Assembly (NCBI GenBank): GCA_963575745.1
Contig: CAUYUJ010000092.1
Span: 620,001 to 670,523 of the forward strand
Reading direction: 5' to 3'
DNA: 50,523 nt
Source: Prorocentrum cordatum
Lineage: Eukaryota
The position numbers and the translations under genes are program-made. Numbering within the stretch: position 1 is the stretch's first letter; each line of letters begins with the position of its first letter. Positions 24,841 through 35,927 of the stretch are shown one piece after another. A model generated the notes under the pieces. The model saw only the letters and a list, made by a program, of their open reading frames with translations, did not search any database and was not told where the DNA came from.

Positions 24841-25983
24841 CCCCTCCCACCCCTCCAGGGAGGCCCCGCCTGAGCGAGGAGGGTATTCGCATCACCTGTT
24901 ATTTCTCAGGTTTCGTGCCCCTCCCACCCCTCCAGGGAGGCCCCGCCTGAGCGAGGAGGGTATTCGCATCACCTGTTATTTCTCAGGTTTCGTGCCCCTC
25001 CCACCCTTCCAGGGAGGCCCCGCCTGAGCGAGGAGGGTATTCGCATCACCTGCTATTTATCAGGTTTCGTGCCCCTCCCACCCCTCCAGGGAGGCCCCGC
25101 CTGAGCGAGGAGGGTATTCGAACACAGTGTTATTTATCAGGTTTCGTGCCCCTCCCACCCCTCCAGGGAGGCCCCGCCTGAGCGAGGAGGGTATTCGCAT
25201 CACAGTGTTATTTCTCAGGTTTCGTGCCCCTCCCACCCCTCCAGGGAGGCCCCGCCTGAGCGAGGAGGGTATTCGCATCACCTGTTATTTCTCAGGTTTC
25301 GTGCCCCTCCCACCCCTCCAGGGAGGCACCGCCTGAGCGAGGAGGGTATTCGCATCACCTGTTATTTATCAGGTTTCGTGCCCCTCCCACCCCTCCAGGG
25401 AGGCCCCGCCTGAGCGAGGAGGGTATTCGCATCACCTGTTATTTCTCAGGTTTCGTGCCCCTCCACCCCTCCAGGGAGGCCCCGCCTGAGCGAGGAGGGT
25501 ATTCGCATCACCTGTTATTTCTCAGGTTTCGTGCCCCTCCCACCCCTCCATGGAGGCCCCTTCGCCCTTCCTGAGCGAGGATGGTCTTCGCATCGACCTT
25601 TTATTTATCAGTTTCGTGCCCTCCCACCCCTCCAGGGAGGTCCTCCTGCCTGAGCGAGAGGGTATTCGCATCCACCTGTTATTTATCAGGATATCGTGCC
25701 GCAATACCCACCCCATCCAGGAGGCCCCCGCCTGAGCGAGGAGGGTATTCGCATCACATGTTATTTCTCAGGTTTCGTGCCCCTCCCACCCCTCCAGGGA
25801 GGCCCCGCCTGAGCGAGGACGCTATTCGAACACAGTGTTATTTATCAGATTTCCTGCCCCTCCCACCCTCCAGGGAGGCCCCGTCTGAGCGAGGAGGGTA
25901 TTCGCGAACAGTGCTATTTATCAGGTTCCGTGCCCGTCCCACCCCACCAGGGAAGCCCCGCATGAGCGAGGAGGGTATTCGCA
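24841..25983 (+). repeat. 77-bp tandem satellite, ~15 copies
   Basis: Unit CCCCTCCCACCCCTCCAGGGAGGCCCCGCCTGAGCGAGGAGGGTATTCGCATCACCTGTTATTTCTCAGGTTTCGTG; more diverged toward the right end. Confidence 0.95.
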
Positions 25984-26103
25984 AACCATGTGATAGAAAA
26001 GGATGGAGAGGGCGAGGGCAGGTCGGCAATTTCTCTACAAAATGTTGCTTGATCCCGCTAGCCCAAAAACATCATTATGTGGGGAACTCCGTTAGCATAA
26101 TTT

Positions 26104-29100
26104 CTTGCCCAGGCACACGAGGGTGCCCAAGTTGAAGTCGTGGCCGTCGGGGTCGCTGCCGTCGTTCAGCTCGTGGAGGGAGTTCTCCCCGGAGGTGCTC
26201 TGGAGAGCGTCGGCGGCTTCCCAAAGGGCCCTGATGGCGAGCTGGCCGCTCTGCCGCCAAGCGATATACGGAATACCGTCAGGGCCTGGCATGCTGTTGC
26301 CCGAATGTTTCACCGCTGACTCCACATCTGCCTCTCGTAATGCCCATTTGTCCGGAGATATGTCTAAGGGTGGGCGGGAGTGGTGGCGACGCGGGCGGCC
26401 GGGTCGTTGTCTGGTGGGATTGGAGGTCGGCTGTCGTTGTGGGGGGGGTGCGGGGTGTTGCTGTACGTGGTCTGCGGCGTTAGGGTGGCTCGGGGCGGCG
26501 TCTGACGTAGGCGCCGGGGGTCGGGTCGGTAGGAACTGCGGGAGGGATGCGAGCCAGCGCTCCAAGATGTGAGGGTTGATCGGTTGTCGTGTGAAGACTC
26601 GGCTCCAATGCTTCCCCAGCTCCTGTGCGATGTCGTGGGGCGTGTGTGCTAGATTTCCGTCTGGGGTCTGAATAGCGCCGATGGCGGTGTTGCAGCCTGG
26701 TTGCAAGCGTCGGAGCTTCGTCAGAATATGAGTTTTGCGTTGCTGGTAGTCCCCCGAGGTGATGTCGGCCTCCTGCCGCTGTAATGCAACAAGGTCTGTC
26801 GTGACCGCGTTGTGGGCGAGGTCAACCGCATGTTGTCGGACTGCTTGAAGCAGCCGTGAGAGACGAGCATTCGGGTCGGCGCCGGGGGCCATCGTAGCAA
26901 GGTGGGGGTAGGCAGCCAAGCAGCGATGCATCGTTGGTACGGATATGCGCTCTGCTGCACGGATGTATGCCATTGTCCAGCCTAAATGGTCGTGTGGGTC
27001 ATCGGAGGGGACGTCAAGTCCTTCTTGATGCATCTTCGTCGCCACTCGTGCCATGCACTGCTTCAGAATCCTCAGTCGGCGGAGAGGGTTCTGGGGGTTG
27101 CGGTCGTCGCGCAGTGCTTCGTTGTAGGCGAGGGTCAATCGACGGTTCCAGTCTGGGTGGCGCAAGGGTCCAGTGGGGAAGTTGCCTCCTGCACCTTGGG
27201 ATCGGCTTTTGGTGAGACGGGAAAAAGATAGGGGTCTATGCTGCGAGAGTGGTGTGTGCGGGAGCGCGGTTGCGGAGTACTGGCGGTCCAGCTGGTCGGA
27301 ACCGTGGTGGTTGGAGTAGACACGGTCGATGCGGGAGAGGGCGCGTCCGGACTCGCAAGTAGGGAGTGGTTGGAATAGCTCGTGGAAGCCGTGCCGGCGC
27401 GCGAGGTGACTGTCCCAGTCGTCCGCCTCTCTGTGGTCCGCGGCGCCCGTCCATTGGCCAGAGCGTTTGCACCACCTGTCCTCCGCTGCCGTCACGAAAT
27501 TCCAGTCCCCCATCAGGAGGGTGAGCGTGGAGCCCGCGTCGGCCACCTGGTCAGCGAGGTCCTGGATAAGTTGTCGTCGAGCTGCTGCTTCGTCGTGGCC
27601 GGCGGGGAAATACGCCGCGACTATGTCCAACGCGCCGTTCGGTCCACGTAATGACAATACTGCCAAACGTCCAGGAGAAATTTCCACCCAATCTTCGTCC
27701 CGTACCGGGTTGAACGAGCTGAGGAAGTGATTCGTCAGGATGAGGCCGATGCCCGCGGTCCGTCGTGTGCTGTGGTGCGACCAAAAAATGCGCGTATGTG
27801 CTGGTAGTGTGGATGCGGTCACGTGGCCGAGCGTGCTGTGAGTTTCGCCCAGGCCGACGAAATCATGTTTCTGTAGCAGATTCCATGCGTGATATTGCTT
27901 GTCCTGTTGGGCACGAGGGGCGGCTGCGAAGAGGGCCTGAGCGTTCCAATAGGCGCCTCGGTAGGCCCCTGCGTAAGGGAAGGCGGCTGGTGGAAGTGCT
28001 GGAGGGGGTGGCGTAGGGGGGAGATCGAGAGGGGCGGCGTCGGTTCGCGGTCGTTTCGTGGAGCGTGCCGGAGTCGTGTCGGCAATGATGGTCTGGCGTT
28101 GACGTCGTGTCCTGCTGTGGCGTTCTGGGTCTGTGCTGGGTCGGTCGGCCGGCTGGTCAGTGATCGGTGTGTGGTGTCTCGGGCTCTCTGTTGTCGGGTC
28201 GATCGGCTGGGGGGCATCGGTCGCGTGGTCGTGCGGGGCTTGTTGGAGTCGAGGTCGTTTTGCAAGATTTTGAAGAGTCGTCGGGTTCTCTGGGGCACTG
28301 TAGTTTCGGTGCCGGGTCGTCCTATCCTGGTGGTCCGGGGGCGTGTCTTGGGATGTCGCCATTGGGGTAGTGGTCGGCGTGTGGGATCCGATGCTGCTGG
28401 AGGCCGTGCCGGGCCGAGTAGGGAGTCCACGGGGAGGGCCAGGGGGTGGGGGAGGCTCGGGCGACGGCGTTAGGGGAGGAGGGGTGTAGTGCGGGGGATG
28501 GGGAATAGTAGAGTCGTTGTGAGTAGGACGGGAAGGCCGCTGGAGGTCGATAGTCGGAGGTGGGGGTGCAAGGTCGGATGCTGGAGGTTGGAGGTCGCAT
28601 CGCTGAGCTGTGGGAGGCTGGAGGTCGAGAGGTGGAGGTGGAGGTGGAAGGCCGGGTGCAGGAAGCCTGGAGTCGGAGTGGTGAGCGGTTGGGCGCTGGT
28701 AGTCGCCAGGTTGAGGTGGGGTTGGAGAGTCGTGGGCTGAAGCGTGGCGGTCGGAGCGTCGCGCTGCTGGCCGCTGGAAGTCGATAGATGGAGGCGGAAG
28801 TGGGAAGTCAGACGCCGGAGGCTGGAGGTGGCATCGCTGAGCAGTGGGACGCTCGAAGTCGGTTGGTGGAGGTGGAGGTGGAGGTGGAAAGCTGGATGCA
28901 GGAAGTCTGGAGTCGGAGTGGTGAGCTGTGGGGCGCTGGAAGTCGACAGGTGGAGGTGGGGTTCGAGAGTCTGGTGCTGGAGTGTGGCGGTCGGAGTGTC
29001 GAGCTGCTGGCCGCTGGAAGTCGATAGGTGGAGGTGGAGATGGAAGGTCAGACGTTGGACGCTGGAGGTCGCATCGCTGAGCAGTGGGACGCTGGAAGTC

Positions 29101-29718
29101 GAGAAGAGGAGGTGGAGGTGGAATTGCGGGTGCTGGGAGTTGGAAGGCGGTAGGTGGAGGTGGAGGTGGAGGTGGAGGGTGGGAGGGGTCATGCACATGC
29201 GATGGGAGAATCGCACGAATACAGATACGCAGCAGCGGCCACGTCAAGTCCCGAGTGCATCGTCCCTGGCCGCCTCGAGGGGGGGCGCCGGGGACGGAGC
29301 GGCTGTGTAGGGTGGGATTGGGGGTGCCTGGGGAGCGTCGTGAAAAAGGTTCTCGATCTCGACCAAGCACGGCATGCCGTCGATCTCCATGCAAGTGTTG
29401 TGAGCGTGGTGGTAGAGTACGTTGAGGTCGTCGACGGTGCTGCACTGGACCGTGAGGCGGTGCGCGTTCTCGCTGCGCCAGCGGTGTGGGAGGAGAGGCC
29501 CCCCCTCTTGCTGCATCTGCCAGGGCGTGCCGGTGAGCGCAGAGATCCGCGTCATGAGGCTGCCTGGCAGGGAGTCCGGGTGGCCCGAAGGCGCGTCGGA
29601 AATAACGATGGCAGTGGTCAGGGAGATGCGGCGTGCCTCTGACTGCGTGGCGGGCGCGGGAGATGCTCGTGCCACTGCCCGTCGCCGTGTTGTTGGGAGG
29701 GCCTGCGGCTTCGCCCAC
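26104..29718 (-). CDS. ORF2 5' part: Pro-rich repeat leader, APE-type endonuclease (~27963-27230), linker and start of RT; true start uncertain
   Basis: [55 protein letters not shown]; then [10 protein letters not shown]. Confidence 0.9.
28530..29180 (-). repeat. ~70-80 bp tandem repeats at the ORF1/ORF2 junction
   Basis: Peptide PPPP.DFQRPTA....D recurs about eight times. Confidence 0.85.
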
Positions 29719-31979
29719 GTACGACCGCCCAAGATCGATGGGCGATGCCGCACCCGCGTGATAGCGTCGAGTGGTGTGACTGTACCCTGGTCAGAGAGTT
29801 CATGGATCCAGTGCCCCGCGGACCACGCCGTCCTGATCAATGCCCGGCGTGACGAGACGAGCACCACCTCGTTCGTCCAGTCCCGCATGGCCTCAATCGC
29901 TGTCGGTGAACCCATATCTACCACCATGGCCGTGCGGTCGGTAAACAGCGCGCGTCGTCCGATGAGCGTCCTGTGCAACTCGTCCTGGTTCTTGAGGTGG
30001 TCTACGTAGAGGTGCAGGTCCAAGTCCGTGACGCGGGTCTCCTCGAAGAATCCCACGAAGTACAGCCTTTGTGCCGGGCCCTTGCTGCCGAGGCTGCGCC
30101 GTGGGCCGTCCCAGCGAATCAAGCCAGGAAGAGACAGCTTCTTGAGCGCGCCGTGGACGCCGAGTTCCTCCGCGCCGTAGAAATCCACGATGACTGCCGG
30201 GCCCGCGCTTTCCTCCAGCAGGGTCGGCCGCCAATTGAGTGTGACCGGAGGCGAGGTGGTGCCACAAGTCGACAGACGAAAAACCGCGATCGCTTTCACG
30301 TGGTGAAGCGGACCAGTCTGTCCCGGAAAGACACACCTGACTGGCTGGCGTAAGTATTCCACGCAGGATAAGATCGGTTTCCATTCCGTCTCCATCAAAA
30401 GGAAAAAAAAAAAGAGGGACCAGCAGAAGAAATGAAAAAAGGATATAAAAAAACACAAAAAAAAATAAATAATAAAAATAAAAGTATTAAAACACAAAAC
30501 ACGATTGAAGAGAGAAATATAAACAAAAAAAAACAAAGAAACCAAAAAAAAGAACAAAGAAAAGCTATTTCCCCATAGGTCCTGGATTTCCGTGTGCGTG
30601 CTGCAGCCTGGGTAGACGTCGTGCGGGACCAGAAGGTGCAGAGTGGTCGTGGCGGCAGCTGTGGCCGCAAAGGTTTTGAAAGCACGGGCAAGTCGTGCCA
30701 TGGTCTCCGAATCCATCGGTGCCCACATGTAGAGGTCCTTGCCTGTCATCTCGTGCAGGGCCCCGCGGATGGTCGCAGCGCTCTTGGTGAGAGCCTCGTA
30801 CTGCTGCCGACCAGTGAGCGGCGGGAGTGCCAGAGGAAAATGTGTAAAGTCGATTTCCTGTAGATTGGACGTGTGGAGGAGGAGGGTTGTGGGTCTCGCC
30901 GCGGTGGTCGCCCGGTCGTGCAAGTACTTGAGTAGAGAGGTGCCGGCTTCAAGCCAGCGCGGGCTCCGGGTGGTCGTCCATTTGCGCTTCTCCCGGAGGA
31001 TGTGGGGGAGATCGTTAATGCAGTGCTTGCTTGCGGCGTCGAGTCGGTCCAAGAAGTCCTTGGGCTCTGTTGATTCCTGGAGTCTGCGCCCTGGGTGTTG
31101 GCAGACTGACGTCAGGGTATGGGCCAAGGCCACTCGTCGCATGATCATTTCCGTCGTGGGGGGTGGGCCTTCGTACTTTGGGATGCCCACAAGTGCCCAT
31201 GGATCCGCGGAACTGGGGTCGTAGGCGAGGGACCGGAGGACTGGGATGAGAGATGGCCATGTGCGCAGGGCGTCCAATGTGATCATGGGTCGGTTGTCTG
31301 AAGGCTCGCGGGTGTCCGTGACCGCGCTGATGTAGTCTCCGTGCACCAAGACCTCTTGCTCGATCAGTTCGGCGAGCAGCTCGTCCATGCGTCCCTCCTT
31401 GTCCGGAGCCTCTGGTTGCGCAACGGGTGCGTCGTGGAGTCGGTGAACCTGCGAGGCTTGGGGAGTCAGGGCGGGGAGTCCGGGAGGTGCCGCACGGGAC
31501 GTTGGCGTCGCAGCCCCTCGCGGTGAAGCAGTGCCCTCCTCATGGCCAGGCGTTGGTGGCCCTGGGGCCTGAAACTGCCGTTCCTGGTGGCAGGATGGGC
31601 ATCGGCCCGCGCCCGTTGTCACAGTTCCGAAGAGCGGGCAAGCACCGTGCCGGCAAGAGTGTAACCCCGTGAACAGGGTTTCTGGCCCACCACCGCGGAG
31701 GCGGAGCACCAGGTGCATCGTGGCGTGCTTCTGGATGTTGTAGTCCGTAAGCGTGCGACTGTCCTCCAGCTGCTTGCTGCCGTAAATCAGGCGTTGCTGG
31801 ACAGGGGAGATGTCCTCGGAGTCTTGGATGTTCGCTTTAACGTCCTCGATCGTGGAATTGGCCGCCACGTTGAGCACGATGGTCTTCCCCGTCAGCGTCT
31901 TGACAAAGACCTGCATTCCCCCACGGGGCTTCCTGAGAGTCGTCGTACCCCGTGTGGTGACGACTAACACGAACGCCAC
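29244..31979 (-). CDS. LINE ORF1: ubiquitin + C4 zinc-finger-like + possible J-like domain + possible RRM-like C-terminal region
   Basis: 911-aa open frame directly upstream of, and overlapping, the ORF2 frame; ubiquitin followed by CRHGAC...CPSC. Confidence 0.8.
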   Translation of the reverse strand: MAFVLVVTTRGTTTLRKPRGGMQVFVKTLTGKTIVLNVAANSTIEDVKANIQDSEDISPVQQRLIYGSKQLEDSRTLTDYNIQKHATMHLVLRLRGGGPETLFTGLHSCRHGACPLFGTVTTGAGRCPSCHQERQFQAPGPPTPGHEEGTASPRGAATPTSRAAPPGLPALTPQASQVHRLHDAPVAQPEAPDKEGRMDELLAELIEQEVLVHGDYISAVTDTREPSDNRPMITLDALRTWPSLIPVLRSLAYDPSSADPWALVGIPKYEGPPPTTEMIMRRVALAHTLTSVCQHPGRRLQESTEPKDFLDRLDAASKHCINDLPHILREKRKWTTTRSPRWLEAGTSLLKYLHDRATTAARPTTLLLHTSNLQEIDFTHFPLALPPLTGRQQYEALTKSAATIRGALHEMTGKDLYMWAPMDSETMARLARAFKTFAATAAATTTLHLLVPHDVYPGCSTHTEIQDLWGNSFSLFFFLVSLFFFVYISLFNRVLCFNTFIFIIYFFLCFFISFFHFFCWSLFFFFLLMETEWKPILSCVEYLRQPVRCVFPGQTGPLHHVKAIAVFRLSTCGTTSPPVTLNWRPTLLEESAGPAVIVDFYGAEELGVHGALKKLSLPGLIRWDGPRRSLGSKGPAQRLYFVGFFEETRVTDLDLHLYVDHLKNQDELHRTLIGRRALFTDRTAMVVDMGSPTAIEAMRDWTNEVVLVSSRRALIRTAWSAGHWIHELSDQGTVTPLDAITRVRHRPSILGGRTWAKPQALPTTRRRAVARASPAPATQSEARRISLTTAIVISDAPSGHPDSLPGSLMTRISALTGTPWQMQQEGGPLLPHRWRSENAHRLTVQCSTVDDLNVLYHHAHNTCMEIDGMPCLVEIENLFHDAPQAPPIPPYTAAPSPAPPLEAARDDALGT
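31689..31916 (-). other. Complete 76-aa ubiquitin moiety within ORF1
   Basis: [12 protein letters not shown]...HLVLRLRGG; 55/76 identical to canonical ubiquitin by manual comparison. L8, I44, V70, K48, K63 and di-Gly are retained. Confidence 0.95.
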
Positions 31980-33478
31980 TTCCGAGACGCAGCACGGAGG
32001 CCAGCCCGCGCGACGTCGACCTCAGAATCCCCCAGTGTGACGTTCGCCCGCTCGAGCTGGCCTCCGTGCTGCCGTTCCTCGGAGTGGCGTCGTGTCGTCG
32101 GCGCGCGCGCCGAAGACACGAACCCACTCCGAGACGCACACGAGGCCAGCTCCGACGCGACGTCCACCACACGGGGCTTCCTGAGAGTCGTCGTACCCCG
32201 TGTGGTGACGTCGCCGTCGGAGCTGGCCTCCGTGCTGCGTCTCGGAGTGGCGTTCGTGTCGTCGGGGGTGCCGACGTGGATGTGGGCGTCCAGGCTGTCA
32301 TGGATGCCTGCGTCGGTGCGAGTGTCAGCCGTGATGATCGCAGAGGTGCACGTGGCTGGTGGCACGGTTTCCGTCAGGGCGGGCGTCCCGCGTCCTGCAG
32401 TGTCGTGGGTACCAGCTCTGGTGATGCTGGCGTCGGTGATGCTGACGTGGTCGTGGGCGCGGTCGTCGTGGGCGTCGTCGCCGTCATTGTGAGTGTTGTC
32501 GCGCACGTAATCTTGCTTGTCGTTGTGGTCGCGGATGTCGGGTCCAAAGGGGCTATTCCGGCCGACCGCCTTCCTTTCTGCTTCCTCCGCCTCCGTCTCC
32601 AACTCCCTGGCGGCTGCGTCCGCGCGGAGCAGAAGTCGTGAGCGCCGTACCTCATGGGTTTCGATCCGCCTGCGCCAGTGCTCTGCCAGTTGCGCCAGCA
32701 AAGCCTGGTTGGTGGCAAGCTGGTGGTGGTGTTGGTCGCTGTATAAGCAGTCGGGCTCCAGGATGAGCATGACGGTCTTCCCCGTGAGTGTCTTCACAAA
32801 CATCTGCATACCCCTGCGGCATTGTGTGCTGGTGGTGCTGCGTCCCGCATCGGTGACCGTGCTGCCGTGGGTGCTGGGGCGGGTGCCGGCGCCCATTGTG
32901 TCGACTTCGGGCCGTCGGCCTCGTGCCGTCCAGCGCTTGCGGGATCTTCCGACCCGCCGTGCACGATGGACAAAATGTTCCTGCCTAACTCGAGGTCCGG
33001 ATGCATCTGTAATGCCCGTGTCCGTGGAGACCACCAGCCAGAACATCATCAGAAGAAGGTGGCCGGTGCTGTGGGGATTCGCGCCGAAGTCGTTGCTCGC
33101 GTCGATGCTGTGGGAGCTGGCGGCGTCGTCGCAGGCGGCGGCCTGAGGAGTCGGACTGTGGAGTTGGCCTGTGGGGCGTGGAAGGGCTGCTCGTGAGAAC
33201 GGCCTGTGAAGTCTGATTATCGAGTCGGGCTGCCGTGGAGTCGGACTGTGGGGTCGGACTGCGGTGCGGTCAGCCTGAAGAGTCGAACTGCTGTGAAGTC
33301 GGACATTGGCGTCGGACTGCTGGAGTCGAGTTGTGGAATCGGACTGTGAGGGCAGGCAGTGGAGTCGTACAGAGGAGTCGGACTGCTGGGCTGGCGTCAG
33401 TGCTGACTGCGGTACTGGCATTGGGACGGGCGTCGGTGCTGGAGTCGGGACTGGCGGAATCGCGCTGGCGTCAGTCAC
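31964..33478 (-). CDS. Upstream ORF, probably the N-terminal part of ORF1: PT repeats, truncated ubiquitin N-terminus, coiled coil
   Basis: [15 protein letters not shown] starts at 32809. Shares the duplicated peptide [12 protein letters not shown] with ORF1. Confidence 0.6.
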   Translation of the reverse strand: MTDASAIPPVPTPAPTPVPMPVPQSALTPAQQSDSSVRLHCLPSQSDSTTRLQQSDANVRLHSSSTLQADRTAVRPHSPTPRQPDSIIRLHRPFSRAALPRPTGQLHSPTPQAAACDDAASSHSIDASNDFGANPHSTGHLLLMMFWLVVSTDTGITDASGPRVRQEHFVHRARRVGRSRKRWTARGRRPEVDTMGAGTRPSTHGSTVTDAGRSTTSTQCRRGMQMFVKTLTGKTVMLILEPDCLYSDQHHHQLATNQALLAQLAEHWRRRIETHEVRRSRLLLRADAAARELETEAEEAERKAVGRNSPFGPDIRDHNDKQDYVRDNTHNDGDDAHDDRAHDHVSITDASITRAGTHDTAGRGTPALTETVPPATCTSAIITADTRTDAGIHDSLDAHIHVGTPDDTNATPRRSTEASSDGDVTTRGTTTLRKPRVVDVASELASCASRSGFVSSARAPTTRRHSEERQHGGQLERANVTLGDSEVDVARAGLRAASRKWRSC

Positions 33479-34914
33479 TGACTGCGTACTGGCATTGGGA
33501 CGGGCGTCGGTGCTGGAGTCGGGACTGGCGGAATCGCGCCCTCACTGTTGGGGGTCGTAAATGTGTGCAGTCTGCGCACGTTGAGTGCAGGTAGGTGGTC
33601 TGTATCCGTACGTTGGTGGTCGGAGTAAATGGCACTCGGCGAGGTGGAGGTGGAGGTGGAGAAGGGAAGTTTCTCTGGGGGGGTGGAAGGAGGAGAAGGG
33701 TTTTGGAGAAGCCAAGCTGTCGACCACTGTGCAGAACCGATAGCCGTGTTTAGCTGTGTCGACCACTGAGCAGTCGGACTGTTGAGCTGGGCTGTGGGTC
33801 GTGGAAAGGCTGCACGTAGAGACGGTCTGTGGAGTCGGGCTGTCAAGTCGGACTGATGTGCAGTCGGACTGTGGAGTCGGACTGCTGTGGAGTCGTCTGT
33901 GGATCTGGACTGTTGTGTAGACGGGCTGGTGCTGGCGTCGCTGACGTCGATGCTGTCGTAGGTGACGGCATCGGTGCTGGCGTCGATGCCGTGGCAACTG
34001 GTGGAGGTGCAGGCGTCAGTGCTGGCGACAGAGCCGTGGAGCCTAGAGCTTGGAGCTGGCGCTGGGCCAATGTGCACGGAGTGGGGGGCGGGCCAGGGCA
34101 CTGCGTGAGCGCCGACTCGTCGAGACGGCAGTCATCAACGAGTAGCCCCATCCAGAGGATGGGGAGGAGGAGGAGGAGGAGGAGGAGGAGGAGGAGGAGG
34201 AGGAGGAGGAGGAGGAGGAGGAGGAGGAGGAGGAGGAGGAGGAAGAGGAGGAGGAGGAGGAGGAGGAGGAGGAAATGAGGAGGGCGATGGCTGGGGAGCG
34301 CCTGGGGGGCCCCGAGGCCGCGTCAGAGATGTGGGGCGCGGGTTGCACGCCAGCGTCAGTGGCGGGGGGCATGGTTGTCGAGCGCGCCTTCTGGCAGAAG
34401 CGCCGGGCGTCAACGGCACTCGCGGGTGAGCAGGCCGAGCTGTTGGTCCGCGTCGGCCACGTTCTGGCGGGCTGCGGACCACCATGGACCATGCCACGTT
34501 CTGGCGGGCTGCTGGCTGCCTGCGGCGGCCCAGGACGAGCTCCTCTATTGAATGCGCGATGCTCCGTCGTCGCGGTATCGACACCACCTGCCACACGGGT
34601 AACAGCATGCTTCGCACGGGCAACCAGAGAAGCCAGACGCATGTGGCATCTGTTCTCCGGGGAGTGGCACGGGGCAGGGCAAGGGGGCGATGGGGGAGGG
34701 TGACAGGGAGGACGGGGGCAATAGGGGGTGGAGAAGCAGGGGGAGGGCGATGCGGGGGGGAGGGTGGGGGGAACCGGATGGACAAGGCGAGCAGGGGGGG
34801 CAGAAGGGAAAGGCTGATGTGGTGACACGCACTTGGGGAGGCACGGGTGGGAGGCGAAATGGGGGAGGGGAGGGAGCGAGGGAGGGAGGGGGAGAAAACG
34901 GCGGAGAGGAGGAG

Positions 34915-34993
34915 GGGATGACGATTACAATGCCGACTACGATGACGATGATGACGACGACGACGATGATGATGATGATGATGATGATGATGC

Positions 34994-35028
<35 letters not shown>

Positions 35029-35191
35029 CTGATGCTGGTGCTGGTGCTGGTGCTGATGCTGATGCTTATGCTGATGATTATGCTGATGATGCTGATGATG
35101 GTGATGGTGATGGTGATGATGGTGATGGTGATGATGATGATGATGATGATGATGATGGTGATGATGGTGATGATGAGGAGTACATGATGAC

Positions 35192-35228
<37 letters not shown>

Positions 35229-35245
35229 GCGATGGCGATGGCGAC
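34915..35245. repeat. (GAT)n/(GGTGAT)/(GACGAT) microsatellite
   Basis: Direct reading. Confidence 0.95.
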
Positions 35246-35709
35246 ATCTGGATCATCATTGTCACAATCGAAGGAGAGATGGACGGATGGTGGGAGGACG
35301 ACCGCGCCGACGCAGCCAGGGCGGGGCGCGCGGCGCACGCACGTTTCTGCCGCCCGCCCGCCGGCCCGCAGCAGTGGCCCAGACCTGCAGCAGGGGGCAG
35401 CGGCGCTGGCGGGTCGCGGCGGCACGGTGCGCCAGCGGCGGAAAACCGCCCTGGCGCGGGCGGGGGAAAACCGGCCCCCGCACGGGCGAGTGGGGGCGGG
35501 GAGGAGGACGGGGACGGGGAACGGGGTGGGGAGTGGAAGTGGGGACGGGGACCGGGAAGGGGAGGGGGACGGGGACGGGGTGGGGGTGGGGATGGGATGG
35601 GGACGGGGACGGGGTGGGGGGTGGGGGGGGAAGGGGACGGGGGACGGGGGCGGGGTGGGGGGTGGGGAGTGGAAGTGGGACGGGGAGAGGGGTGGGGAGG
35701 GGATGGGAG

Positions 35710-35927
35710 TACGGCCGGGAACTCTTGCTCAGCGTGTCGCTGCGGTGGCCCCGGCGACACGCTGTGCCATGCGAGCGGATAGCGTGTCGCTCCGCTCTGA
35801 GGAGCTGGAAGCTCGGGAAAGCTCGGGACTTTGACGCCTGGGGGCCGCGACGTGGATAGCGTGTCGCGCCAAAACGTGGTGGGCCAGAATTGGCGGAGCG
35901 ACACGCTAACCAAAGTTCCCGGCCGTA
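35710..35927. mobile_element. 218-bp MITE family A copy 2
   Basis: TA+CGGCCGGGAACT ... AGTTCCCGGCCG+TA. Interior (GCGAGCGGATAGCG.GTCGCTCCGCTC, AAGCTCGGGAC) matches 13818-14035. Confidence 0.9.

Larger units (their letters stand above)
24565..26098 (+). mobile_element. Non-autonomous Helitron2/Helentron-like insertion carrying (ATACC)n and a 77-bp satellite
   Basis: Removing it plus one AATTT restores ...CLGKKLTCDPTHG.... Terminal TTCCCCACAT and subterminal ATGTGGGGAA (26077-26086) are asymmetric inverted repeats; 5' hairpin CCCCAC-N7-GTGGGG. Confidence 0.7.
19600..34160 (-). mobile_element. Large L1/Tx1-like non-LTR retrotransposon with ubiquitin-containing ORF1 (outer limits inferred)
   Basis: ORF1 then ORF2 (APE + RT + CCHC) on the minus strand. 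Related repeat blocks at both ends; (GGA)n tracts at ~19525-19580 and 34161-34272. Confidence 0.7.

Noticed and set aside
24841..25983. 77-bp array (also the 72-73 bp and 90-bp arrays) as a CRISPR array
   Set aside because: Whole units repeat with no unique spacers; no cas genes; eukaryotic context.
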